Source of the DNA: Candidatus Woesearchaeota archaeon CG10_big_fil_rev_8_21_14_0_10_45_16
GTDB lineage: Archaea; Nanobdellota; Nanobdellia; Woesearchaeales; GW2011-AR9
Direction of reading: 5' to 3'
Assembly (NCBI GenBank): GCA_002762785.1
Contig: PCXY01000005.1
Location: 188,796 to 252,795 of the forward strand
Length of the DNA stretch: 64,000 nucleotides
Numbering within the stretch: the stretch's first letter is position 1; each line of letters begins with the position of its first letter. A program made the translations under genes and the position numbers. The notes under the pieces were generated by a model that was not told where the DNA came from, made no database searches, and worked only from the letters and a program-made list of their open reading frames with translations. This document shows positions 9,660 to 18,841 of the stretch, one piece after another.

Positions 9660-10103
9660 ATGCTTTTAGACCACATCAATAATCTTAAGAATTATTTTCA
9701 ACTAAACCCCAACCTGAAAGAAGCTCTGGCTTTTCTGCAAAGAGAAGATCTGGGTTCTTTAAGTCCAGGACGGCACGAGATCATGGACGACAAAGTTTTC
9801 GCCATCGTCATCGACTGTGACCAGATGCCGAAAGAGAACACGAAACCGGAAAGACACCGCAAGTATCTTGATCTTCATTACACTATCAAAGGGAATGATC
9901 TAGTCGGCTGGAAACCACTGCATCTCTGTTCTGCCAGCACCGAGTATGATGAACAGGACGACTACCAGCTGTTCAGCAATCTTCCAGAACAGTGGATAGA
10001 TGTGCCTGAAAATCATTTTATCCTTTTCTTCCCAGAAGATGTCCATGCCCCGCTCGCCGGAACTGGTCATCTTAAGAAAGTCGTCGTCAAAGTCAAGATT
10101 TAA
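9660..10103 (+). CDS. YhcH/YjgK/YiaL family protein (DUF386)
   Basis: The 147-aa protein has a YhcH-like beta-sandwich composition with motifs 'HRKYLDLHYTIKGND' and 'FPEDVHAP'. Confidence 0.55.
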   Translation: MLLDHINNLKNYFQLNPNLKEALAFLQREDLGSLSPGRHEIMDDKVFAIVIDCDQMPKENTKPERHRKYLDLHYTIKGNDLVGWKPLHLCSASTEYDEQDDYQLFSNLPEQWIDVPENHFILFFPEDVHAPLAGTGHLKKVVVKVKI

Positions 10104-10126
10104 ATTCATTTAATTTCGATACGCTG

Positions 10127-11227
10127 ATGTCATCAAGATCCAAAAAAATTCTTGGAAACCTGGCCATCTTTATAGTTGGAATTATCATCATCTTCAGTAT
10201 CGCGGAAATCACGGTCAGGGTCTTCAAACAGGATGAACTGGCTCCGGGCCTGTGGCCGGAAGAGAACACCAGATATGTTCCTGAGCTGAAGCGCAACCTT
10301 TACGTCAACATCAGCAATCTTACCAGGTCAACTTCTGAATACAGCTACCAAGTAAGTACTAATGAACAAGGTTTTCGGGACTTTCATCCAATCCTAAAAG
10401 ACGAAGAAACAACAAGGATACTAGGTCTGGGATCTTCTCAAACATTTGGCAACACCGTGGATGCGGACGATACTTACCTCAGCCTTCTAGGTAATGAGCT
10501 AGATGTCGAGACCATTAATCTCGGCCTGGGTGGGATCGGTCTGGATGAGATGAAGATTATCTTGCAGGAGTACGGCTTTTCTTATCAGCCGGACCTTATC
10601 ATCGTTGAGACTAGCTTGGGAAACTTCCAAAGCGGATCTGATTTTGCCCATAAGTCGGAGGCTTCGAGAGAAACTAAGAACAGCGCTTTTTTCTGGCTGT
10701 ATGAACATTCAAAACTGGTGAACCATCTTTATTGGCTGTCAAAGACCACCCATTTAGGAAGCAAGGTGGTAAACACTCTGAAACTAAACGAGCATACTCA
10801 AGACAGCGTCTCTTTTGAGCTCTCTCTTCTCAGGGGTGATGATGATCCCACTTTGTATGAAGCGAAGAAGAGCGTCTTCCGCAATCTTCAGGAGATCAAG
10901 AAGCTGGCTGATGAAAAAGAGGTTCCATTGATGGTTGTTTTTGTCTCTTCATCGTATCAGGTTGAACCAAAAAGGCTTCAAGCTCTCGTTGAAAAGTTTG
11001 GTCTTGCAGAAGAAGATGTCAATCCAGAAAACGCCGAAAATTTTTTCCGTGAAAGCTGTAAAAGGCTGAACATCCCCTTTTTCGAGACCACGGCAGCGCT
11101 CCAGGATCACCAGAAGGGGACTCCAGTTATCTGGAACTTTGACAATCATCTCACGCCAAGAGGTAATCAGATATATGCTTCAGAACTCGCAAAATTTATT
11201 AAAGAACATCATCTAATCGAAAGGTGA
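10127..11227 (+). CDS. Membrane-anchored SGNH/DltD-like protein
   Basis: An N-terminal TM helix is followed by 'ILGLGSSQTFG' and 'INLGLGGIG', which resemble SGNH motifs. Confidence 0.45.
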   Translation: MSSRSKKILGNLAIFIVGIIIIFSIAEITVRVFKQDELAPGLWPEENTRYVPELKRNLYVNISNLTRSTSEYSYQVSTNEQGFRDFHPILKDEETTRILGLGSSQTFGNTVDADDTYLSLLGNELDVETINLGLGGIGLDEMKIILQEYGFSYQPDLIIVETSLGNFQSGSDFAHKSEASRETKNSAFFWLYEHSKLVNHLYWLSKTTHLGSKVVNTLKLNEHTQDSVSFELSLLRGDDDPTLYEAKKSVFRNLQEIKKLADEKEVPLMVVFVSSSYQVEPKRLQALVEKFGLAEEDVNPENAENFFRESCKRLNIPFFETTAALQDHQKGTPVIWNFDNHLTPRGNQIYASELAKFIKEHHLIER

Positions 11228-11269
11228 ACCGATGATTTAGTGTCGGCAACAGGTTTAGAAAGATTTACC

Positions 11270-12196
11270 ATGGATAAAAAAGAACTATTGGAATATACTT
11301 TTCAAAAAATAGGTTCTCACATCGCGACGAGAGCCGTTCCAGCCAGACTGAACAACGATCCTGAATTTGATCCAGAAAAAGCAGCACAGATCTGCCATTG
11401 GCTGTACCGGCTAGGGGGCTGCGACCAGGCTCTTTATGATAAAGCTGTCAATGATTTCATAGACTATTCGCTGGAATTCCTAAAATTACAGGCGGAACTC
11501 GAGAGCGCCCAAAGATATCACTTTTCATCCTATAAAAAACTGCAGGAAGAGATCTATGAAAATCCAGAAGTGATGGAAAACCGGTATCTCAACGGGTTGT
11601 ATCTTACACAGGCCTTGTGGATAAACCACCACAAGATGCTGGCATTTTTCATCAAAAAGTTCTGCTCTGGTCTTGACGTTCAGGGAAAAGCAGTAGAAGT
11701 CCCGGTCGGTACCGGTATCTATGCAGCAGAATTCGCAGCAAGAAATAAAGATTGGCTGGTAGAAGGATATGATCTCAGCCCCAGTGCGGTTGATTATTCT
11801 AAAAAGATGATACCCATAATCTCGCCAGATAAAGAAGTCGCCGTATTTGAGAAGAATGTCTTTGACCTCCCTGACGACAAGAAGTATGACCGTATCATCT
11901 GCGGAGAATTGATGGAAAATTTTGAAGATCCCCATCCACTGCTAGAAAAGCTGGGAAAACTTCTCAACGAGGAAGGAAAGATCTTTCTCACCAGCTCCGT
12001 CTGGGCGGCGGCAATCGACCACATCTATCTCTTTACCAAAGTACAAGAACTGAGGGATGTCCTTTCTTCTCACTTTAAGATAGAGGAAGAACTGGCCCTC
12101 AATGTATTCCAAAACAAGAAGCCCGAAGATGAAAAGACACCGATAAATTATGCCTGTATCCTCAGCCGCCGGTCAGAAGAGCCATCTCAAGACTAA
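11270..12196 (+). CDS. Class I SAM-dependent methyltransferase
   Basis: The SAM-binding motif 'VEVPVGTGIYAAEFA' followed by 'EGYDLS' is present. The ATG start was chosen in place of the track's GTG at 11240. Confidence 0.65.
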   Translation: MDKKELLEYTFQKIGSHIATRAVPARLNNDPEFDPEKAAQICHWLYRLGGCDQALYDKAVNDFIDYSLEFLKLQAELESAQRYHFSSYKKLQEEIYENPEVMENRYLNGLYLTQALWINHHKMLAFFIKKFCSGLDVQGKAVEVPVGTGIYAAEFAARNKDWLVEGYDLSPSAVDYSKKMIPIISPDKEVAVFEKNVFDLPDDKKYDRIICGELMENFEDPHPLLEKLGKLLNEEGKIFLTSSVWAAAIDHIYLFTKVQELRDVLSSHFKIEEELALNVFQNKKPEDEKTPINYACILSRRSEEPSQD

Positions 12197-12228
12197 AAGA
12201 AAACTTCACAAGAGTTTCATCTATCAAA

Positions 12229-13773
12229 ATGATCAGATTAATCCAAGATTATTTCCAACTGTCAGCAGAACGCTCTCCAAAGAAAGTTGCAGTCGTCTAC
12301 GGTGAAGAGAAGATAACGTACAAAGATCTGGACAAAAAGAGCAACCAGTTGGCTCATCTTATCAGGTCGATCGGCGTGAAGAGAAACGACCGAGTAGCAT
12401 TCTGCCTGCATAAGTCGATCGATGCTATCGTTTCCATCCTTGCCATCTTAAGATCCGACTGCTGTTATGTTCCGATGGACGCTAAATCGCCGGAACAGCG
12501 GCTTCGGTATATCGTTGAAGACTGCCAGCCGGCAGTTATCATCTGCAGTCCCGAGACTCACGTTTCCGTGCAATCTTTAGTAGATGGTTGGATCTCAGGA
12601 AAAAGACCAATAGTGATCGTTCTCGGATCTGAGGAGATTGAGAGACAACAGGTGAGCCTGCCTCCAATAGGAAACATCCAGGATGACCTTGCCTACATCT
12701 TCTATACTTCTGGATCTACTGGGAAGCCGAAAGGAGTGATGATAACTCATGGCAATCTTATCAATTTTGTAGAGTGGGCTGCTGATTGTTTCCAGGTCGC
12801 TGAAGATGATATCATCGCCAACCATGCGCCGCTCCACTTTGACATTTCCGGGTTTGATATCTACGCATCGTTTAAGAAAGGGGCTACTCTAGTGTTAGTG
12901 CCGCCGGAACTTAGTCTATTTCCAGCAAAGATAGTCAACCTCATCGAACAAGAGAAGATCACTATCTGGCAGTCGGTTCCCAGCATCCTGGTGCATATGG
13001 CCAAGATGGGAGCGCTTCAAGAGAACACCATGCCCAGCCTGAAGAAGATCATCTTCATCGGCGAAGTCTTTCCCACACCCTTCCTTATCCGCTGGATGAA
13101 GACCTTCCCGAAGAAAGAATTCATCAACTTTTACGGTCCGACAGAATGCACCATCGGCTGTGCATATTATCCTATCAAAGAGGTTCCAGAGGATTCGACA
13201 ACCGCTATTCCTTTAGGAAGAGCAGCTAAAAACATGGAAATGTTCGCCCTGAAAGAAGATGACAGCCTGGCTAACGTTGGAGAAATAGGTGAGTTATGCA
13301 TCCGAGGGCCGACAGTGAGTCCCGGCTACTGGAACAATAAAGAGAAGACTGAGAAAGCGTTTGTGGTAGATCCGCTATTTCCCCATCTAAATGGAAAAAT
13401 CTATAAAACAGGAGACTTGGTAGAAGCCCTTCCTGAGGAGATGTTCACATTCAGAGGAAGAAAAGACAGCCAGATCAAGTTTATGGGATACCGGATCGAG
13501 CTGGGAGAGATAGAGTCAGCGTTATACTCCCTGGGATATGTTAAAGAAGCTGCAGTCATCTACTTGTCTTCAGATGAGAAAAGTGAGATTGTCGCCTTCG
13601 TGGCTCTAAATCGTGAGAGCAGCCCCGGACAGATAAAAGATGATCTGAAGAAGAAGATCCCTTCCTACATGATCCCCCGGACAATCACTATAAAAGATGC
13701 TCTTCCCCTCAACAGTTCAGGGAAGATAGACCGGGTAAAATTAAGACAGGAGTGCGAGAACGATGGAAACTAA
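12229..13773 (+). CDS. DltA-like adenylation enzyme (AMP-binding, carrier-protein ligase)
   Basis: The adenylation-domain motifs 'YTSGSTGKPKGV', 'YGPTE', 'YKTGD', 'GRKDSQIKFMGYRIELGEIE' and 'SGKIDR' are all present. Confidence 0.8.
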   Translation: MIRLIQDYFQLSAERSPKKVAVVYGEEKITYKDLDKKSNQLAHLIRSIGVKRNDRVAFCLHKSIDAIVSILAILRSDCCYVPMDAKSPEQRLRYIVEDCQPAVIICSPETHVSVQSLVDGWISGKRPIVIVLGSEEIERQQVSLPPIGNIQDDLAYIFYTSGSTGKPKGVMITHGNLINFVEWAADCFQVAEDDIIANHAPLHFDISGFDIYASFKKGATLVLVPPELSLFPAKIVNLIEQEKITIWQSVPSILVHMAKMGALQENTMPSLKKIIFIGEVFPTPFLIRWMKTFPKKEFINFYGPTECTIGCAYYPIKEVPEDSTTAIPLGRAAKNMEMFALKEDDSLANVGEIGELCIRGPTVSPGYWNNKEKTEKAFVVDPLFPHLNGKIYKTGDLVEALPEEMFTFRGRKDSQIKFMGYRIELGEIESALYSLGYVKEAAVIYLSSDEKSEIVAFVALNRESSPGQIKDDLKKKIPSYMIPRTITIKDALPLNSSGKIDRVKLRQECENDGN

Positions 13774-14020
13774 AGAGATAATAATTGATATCATCAAAGA
13801 ATTTAAGCAGAAAGACGAAATCCTGCATCCAGAGGAACTGATCAGCAGTGGTTTCTTTGATTCGTTTGATATCTTTTCATTGATCGAAAAGATTGAGAAG
13901 AGATTTTCTTTGAAACTGGATGGAAACGACATCACTATCGAGAATTTTGAAAACATCAGCACCATCTCGGCTATCGTTGAGAGATCCCTGAAAGGCAAAA
14001 GCGATGAGCAGCAGACCTAA
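13763..14020 (+). CDS. Small DltC-like carrier protein
   Basis: The 85-aa acidic protein carries a putative phosphopantetheine-attachment Ser in 'GFFDSFD'. Its start overlaps the upstream adenylase stop by 11 nt. Confidence 0.6.
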   Translation: METKEIIIDIIKEFKQKDEILHPEELISSGFFDSFDIFSLIEKIEKRFSLKLDGNDITIENFENISTISAIVERSLKGKSDEQQT

Positions 14021-14367
14021 TTGATGACCACGACAAAAGCCATGGCATTTTCATCAGTGTGAGAGATGCTGCAGAGAATATCTTTTCTCTCTTCTCCTTT
14101 TATGAAAACAGATGGTCTGCCAGTAGCATCATTGATGACTTCTATATCCAGTAGAGGGATTTTGGAGGAGATGTTTCTTGAAATGGCTTTTAACACTGCT
14201 TCTTTCACGCAGAACTTACCGGTAAGATGGATCGCAGGATCTACTTTGCTTCGGCAATAAGTGAGTTCCCTAGGCGTAAAAAGAAGAGAGAGGAAATGGT
14301 CGTCATCCAGTTTTTCTTTGAAGCGGCTGACTTTCTCGATATCTACTCCTATGTTTTGAAAAGACAT
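14017..14367 (-). CDS. acpS: Holo-ACP synthase (4'-phosphopantetheinyl transferase, AcpS type)
   Basis: The motifs 'GVDIEKVSRF' and 'KEAVLKA' match the AcpS pattern. The protein is 116 aa. Confidence 0.65.
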   Translation of the reverse strand: MSFQNIGVDIEKVSRFKEKLDDDHFLSLLFTPRELTYCRSKVDPAIHLTGKFCVKEAVLKAISRNISSKIPLLDIEVINDATGRPSVFIKGEERKDILCSISHTDENAMAFVVVIN

Positions 14368-14450
14368 ACCGCAGATATCTATGATCCCATTATAAAGATT
14401 GTTAAAGTAGGAACAAAAAATTTAAAAGGAACTTGGCAGACATAGGCAAT

Positions 14451-14588
14451 ATGGGAGCGATATGGGATTTCCTAAAAGTACGTAAGATCTGGTGGATAAC
14501 ACCGCTGGTTATTCTGGCGATTCTCTTAGCGTTTATGTTTCTGGCCGGAGGGAGCGCGCCGGTAACTGATGTCTACGCCCCCATTTAA
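14451..14588 (+). CDS. Putative 45-aa single-TM membrane peptide
   Basis: This is an ATG-started ORF, 'MGAIWDFLKVRKIWWITPLVILAILLAFMFLAGG', that is absent from the 60-aa ORF track. It is strongly hydrophobic. Confidence 0.3.
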   Translation: MGAIWDFLKVRKIWWITPLVILAILLAFMFLAGGSAPVTDVYAPI

Positions 14589-15445
14589 CTTACTCTATTT
14601 TTCTCCTGGATGAAACCGATCTGCTGTAGGATAAAGCTCATGCCCAAGAAGAAGATGATAAGAGGCAGACGCCAGTTGGTGATGTTGGCTTTGAGGATGT
14701 TTTTTGCTGACCAGAAACGTAACCTGATAAGACCGCCAACTTTCCCCACTTTTTTCTTAAACTGGTAATTAGCCTTGCCACGTCGCAGCTGCCATTTGAC
14801 AAAAGAAGAGAAGGTTGTTCTTGCTTCATGGAAAGCATAGCCTTCAGGAACATATTTTATTGGAATATGACTCTTTTCTATCCGCCATGACAACTCAGCA
14901 TCTTCCGCTCCTGATTTCATCGATTCATCGAAAAAGCCCACCTTCTCGAATAAAGATTTTCTTAAAGCGCAGTTTCCGGCTGCCAGATGGTTGGTGAAAC
15001 CTGACTTCGACACTTTCCACATCTTGCTGAAGCCGATACTGCCGCCGCCAGGAAATCCTAACGCAGAGATGCAGTCACCGATAAGGTTTGACTTTGGTAT
15101 CCTGGTGCCGCTGGTGACGGCCAATAGTGAAAGATCCTCCTCAAGAGGTTTTATCAAAGATGAAAGCCATCTTTCATGCACCCAACAGTCGTCATCGATA
15201 AAGACGATTATATCTCCCATCGCTCTTTTGATGCCTTGGTTTCGGTTGAAAGGGATCCCTCTTTTTGGCGGGACGTTGTAGTACTTTATGGGAAGCGGCA
15301 GCTGTGGAAGTGGCAGCGGTTCAACAGCTTCATGGATGAAGATGATCTCAGTATCAGGATTGACCTGTCCTTTCATCGAGTTCAACAACCTTCTGATCTT
15401 ACTCTCCCTGAACCTGTCAAAGATCACTACGATAGAAACTTTCAT
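14585..15445 (-). CDS. Family 2 glycosyltransferase (GT-A fold)
   Basis: The DxD motif 'IIVFIDDDCW' is present with a C-terminal TM segment. Confidence 0.7.
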   Translation of the reverse strand: MKVSIVVIFDRFRESKIRRLLNSMKGQVNPDTEIIFIHEAVEPLPLPQLPLPIKYYNVPPKRGIPFNRNQGIKRAMGDIIVFIDDDCWVHERWLSSLIKPLEEDLSLLAVTSGTRIPKSNLIGDCISALGFPGGGSIGFSKMWKVSKSGFTNHLAAGNCALRKSLFEKVGFFDESMKSGAEDAELSWRIEKSHIPIKYVPEGYAFHEARTTFSSFVKWQLRRGKANYQFKKKVGKVGGLIRLRFWSAKNILKANITNWRLPLIIFFLGMSFILQQIGFIQEKNRVS

Positions 15446-16731
15446 CTCCTTCCCATCCCGTGGTATTGGAACCCTTCTTCTTTGACCAGTTCAGGTTCAT
15501 AGATGTTGCGGCCGTCAAAGATACGCTTGGTTTTCATCTTGAGTTCTGAAAGGTTGACATTCCTGAACTCGTCCCATTCTGTTATGACCAAGATACCATC
15601 GCTGTCTTGGGCGGCTTCTTCCGCCGTGGCGCAGTAAGTTATAGAATCACCAAAAAAATGCTTGGCTTCTTCTACAGCTTTGGGATCATAGGCTCTTATC
15701 CTTGCGCCGTGTTTCAACAGTTCAGAGATGATGGTGATAGCAGGGGCTTCCCTCATGTCACTGGTATTGGGCTTGAACGCTAATCCCCAGACACAGAACG
15801 TTTTTCCGGTGATGTCGTTATTGGATGCAGCCAAGACCTTTTCGACAAGAACTGATTTCTGCCGATCATTGAGAGCCATCACTTCTTCAAATAATCTCGC
15901 TCTGTAGCCGACCTCTTTAGCCGTATGGGCCAGGGCCTTGACATCTTTGGGAAAACAGGATCCGCCGTAGCCCACGCCTGGATTAAGAAATCTCGGAGAG
16001 ATGCGGTAATCCATACCTAGAGCCATGGCCACCATCTTGACGTCAGCCCCAGTGCGGTCGCAGATGTTAGCTATCTCGTTGATGAATGAGATCTTTGTAG
16101 AAAGGAAACTGTTGTTGGCATATTTTATCAGCTCGGCGGTCTCCAAATCAGTCTCTACCACAGGAAGATAGGTCCTGAGCCGGCCGGAATAGACTTTTCT
16201 CATCAGATGGAAAGCTTGATCGTTGGCTGCGCCGACAACTATTTTATCAGGATAATTGAAAGCCCTGATTGCTAACCCTTCCCGCAAGAATTCTGGATTA
16301 GAGACAATATCGATATTTGCCGCAGGATTGATCTCTTTGATCATCTGCTGACATTTCCTGGCAGTTCCGGGAGGTACGGTGCTCTTGATGACCAGCAATT
16401 TTTTGCTGTCTGACCTGGCAGCAGCCTTGACGACCGAAAAGACGTACTCCAGATTAGCTGATCCGTCATCATTGCTTGGTGTGCCGACGCAGTTGAAGAT
16501 GACCTCTCCGAACGCAACGCCTTCATCGATGTTGGAGCTGAAATGAAGACGACTTTTGTTTCTGATGGTCAGCTCTTCCAGACCCGGCTCGTAGAAAGGG
16601 ATCTGACCTTCCTGCAGCGTCTTTATCTTTGCCGTATCTATATCGATGCAGAGAACCTGGTGGCCTAAATTGGCCAGGCAGGCACCGGTGACAAGACCGA
16701 CGTAACTGGTGCCGAAGATGCTTATTTTCAT
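15442..16731 (-). CDS. ugd: UDP-glucose 6-dehydrogenase
   Basis: The N-terminal Rossmann motif 'MKISIFGTSYVGLVTGACLA', the catalytic 'GGSCFPKD' and a full-length 429-aa architecture are present. Confidence 0.85.
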   Translation of the reverse strand: MKISIFGTSYVGLVTGACLANLGHQVLCIDIDTAKIKTLQEGQIPFYEPGLEELTIRNKSRLHFSSNIDEGVAFGEVIFNCVGTPSNDDGSANLEYVFSVVKAAARSDSKKLLVIKSTVPPGTARKCQQMIKEINPAANIDIVSNPEFLREGLAIRAFNYPDKIVVGAANDQAFHLMRKVYSGRLRTYLPVVETDLETAELIKYANNSFLSTKISFINEIANICDRTGADVKMVAMALGMDYRISPRFLNPGVGYGGSCFPKDVKALAHTAKEVGYRARLFEEVMALNDRQKSVLVEKVLAASNNDITGKTFCVWGLAFKPNTSDMREAPAITIISELLKHGARIRAYDPKAVEEAKHFFGDSITYCATAEEAAQDSDGILVITEWDEFRNVNLSELKMKTKRIFDGRNIYEPELVKEEGFQYHGMGRR

Positions 16732-16793
16732 GCTGTTTACCGTTAGAAGACCCCTTAAATACTTTGTGTAACAAAAATGACCAATCTAACCTC

Positions 16794-17525
16794 TTATTTT
16801 GCGTAGAAAAGATTAGCTTTTTCTAATGATTCAATGGTGCCAATGTCAAACCAATGTTCTGTGAAGATAAAACCATGTACTTCAGACACGTTTATTAGAT
16901 AGGGGATGATGTTGCCTGGAGCATCTCCGCCCTTTTCTTTTAATAAAATATCGATCTGTGGAAGATCCCCTTTAGTGAAGATGTAGCAAGCTGTAGACCC
17001 TAAGGCACTTTTTGGTTCAGACGGTTTTTCTTCAAAATTGATTACTTTGGTACCTTCGATGATACCGACTCCCAGACGACCTCTTACGATGTTAACATCA
17101 CCAAAGTCACGGAAAGCCACAATTGAAGTATTCTTTTCGTTGTAGAACTTAACAAAATTTTGTAAAGAGAAGCCAAAGAGATTGTCACCGGCGATGACCA
17201 ATAGATCATCATTGATGTTCTCAGTCTTTATGACATGATTGATGTCGCCAACGGAGCCGAGACGAGCTTCATTAGTCTTAGTATAATCGTTGATGATCTT
17301 GATCGGTTTGTCATAGGTGTAATGTTCTAACCAGTCCATGAAGTTGCTGTAGAACTTATCATTGGTCACTACATAGATGCTTTCCACATCATCAACTGCA
17401 GCTAATTTGTCCAAGATATATTCCATGAGAGGCTTATCAGCCACTTTTAGAAGTGGTTTAGGCGTGTTTTTTGTCAATGGATATAATCTGGTGGCGTATC
17501 CGGCTGCCAGGATCAATGCTTTCAT
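16794..17525 (-). CDS. Sugar-1-phosphate nucleotidyltransferase of the short glucose-1-P thymidylyl/uridylyltransferase form
   Basis: The N-terminal motif 'MKALILAAGYATRLYPLTKNTPKPLL' is characteristic of this family. Confidence 0.75.
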   Translation of the reverse strand: MKALILAAGYATRLYPLTKNTPKPLLKVADKPLMEYILDKLAAVDDVESIYVVTNDKFYSNFMDWLEHYTYDKPIKIINDYTKTNEARLGSVGDINHVIKTENINDDLLVIAGDNLFGFSLQNFVKFYNEKNTSIVAFRDFGDVNIVRGRLGVGIIEGTKVINFEEKPSEPKSALGSTACYIFTKGDLPQIDILLKEKGGDAPGNIIPYLINVSEVHGFIFTEHWFDIGTIESLEKANLFYAK

Positions 17526-17652
17526 GATCTCTAGGACTTAGAAAATGATTTAAAAGGCTTGTGGAAGAAAGGTGTATTGTAGGAGAGGAAGTTAAGGATC
17601 ATTATTTGTAACTAAACCATCTATCGAAAGAAATAAAACCTCTCGCCATTTA

Positions 17653-18636
17653 ATGATCAAGATGAAAGCAACAAAATTCCTGATGATTACATCCTTTATC
17701 TTGATACTTGTTCTCATGACCAGCTGTTTTCAAAACCAGCCAAAACAAAAGATAAAGCCGGCAAGCATCCCAGTTAAAGAGCAATGTCAAGGTGAATTCT
17801 GTAATGATGATGTTGAGATAATATGCCAAAGCAGTAATTGTGATGCAGAACTGTCACAACAATATCTCCAATTACAGACTAAAGTTGTCAAGTGTTTAGA
17901 TAACTACTTCCAGTTCTCTGCTCCAAGAGTTTCTTATAAGATATCATCAAAAGAAAAAACTGCTTGTGAGCAAGAAGGAGGATGCTGTTGCACTACCGGA
18001 GGAATGACTGATTGGTCAGGAGTTTCACAATCTTATCTCTATGGAAATACACCCTTTGGAGCGACAGGAGTGCAAAGTCCGAAAGATATCATTGCAGAAG
18101 AACATGAAACAACACATTTCTTCTTGTTCCAGATGCTTAAAGGTCATCCTGCTTGGTTTAGTGAAGCTATCGCTATCCAGACTAATGAACGGGCAGGATG
18201 TGATGTTTCTGCGATGGATCTGGAAGGAAATGCAAAAGAGTTTGCAAAAAAAGGAGATGCTTATCTTAGAGAGACTAACCTAGATCTACAATCCTCTGGA
18301 GGAGTAAAGATGAGTGATGGATCTATTCTTGATAATGATTATTATTTGAGATTAAAAAATGGTGAAAGTTCTCTTGAGACACGAGATTCACATACCATCG
18401 GTGCATTATGGGTTATCGGATTGAAAGAAGATTATGGATGTGAACAGCAATGCATATTGAGGATCGTCAAAGAATTGCAGAAGTATACTGAATCACAATG
18501 CCGACCAGGAACTTATTGTGGAGATAATCCATTGCAATACCCAGAAATCGTTACAGATGAAGTGATCAAAGAGAAGACCGATCTAATCACTGGTCGCGAT
18601 ACTAGAGAATTATTTGAGCTGTTAGGAATCTTGTGA
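17653..18636 (+). CDS. Secreted Cys-rich protein with an HExxH motif, a putative zincin-like metalloprotein
   Basis: A signal-peptide-like N-terminus is followed by many Cys residues and the motif 'HETTHFF'. Confidence 0.45.
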   Translation: MIKMKATKFLMITSFILILVLMTSCFQNQPKQKIKPASIPVKEQCQGEFCNDDVEIICQSSNCDAELSQQYLQLQTKVVKCLDNYFQFSAPRVSYKISSKEKTACEQEGGCCCTTGGMTDWSGVSQSYLYGNTPFGATGVQSPKDIIAEEHETTHFFLFQMLKGHPAWFSEAIAIQTNERAGCDVSAMDLEGNAKEFAKKGDAYLRETNLDLQSSGGVKMSDGSILDNDYYLRLKNGESSLETRDSHTIGALWVIGLKEDYGCEQQCILRIVKELQKYTESQCRPGTYCGDNPLQYPEIVTDEVIKEKTDLITGRDTRELFELLGIL

Positions 18637-18841
18637 ATAAATCATAAAGAAAAGGTGGACAGCTTACCTGGTTTCCCACGGAATGCAGTACACCCAAGTA
18701 CGGAAGCGGTCTTAATTTCTGTGTTCGAAATGGGAACAGATGAACCCCGCCCCTATGGCCGTCCAATAGGCTCGAGAAAGCCTCCCTTTATAAAGATTTT
18801 GATTATTTTTCCACAACGATTTAAAAAGGCAGTAGAATCAG

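Noticed and set aside
14227-14445. A 72-aa plus-strand ORF overlaps acpS.
   Set aside because: It is antisense to a recognisable AcpS gene and has no supporting motifs.
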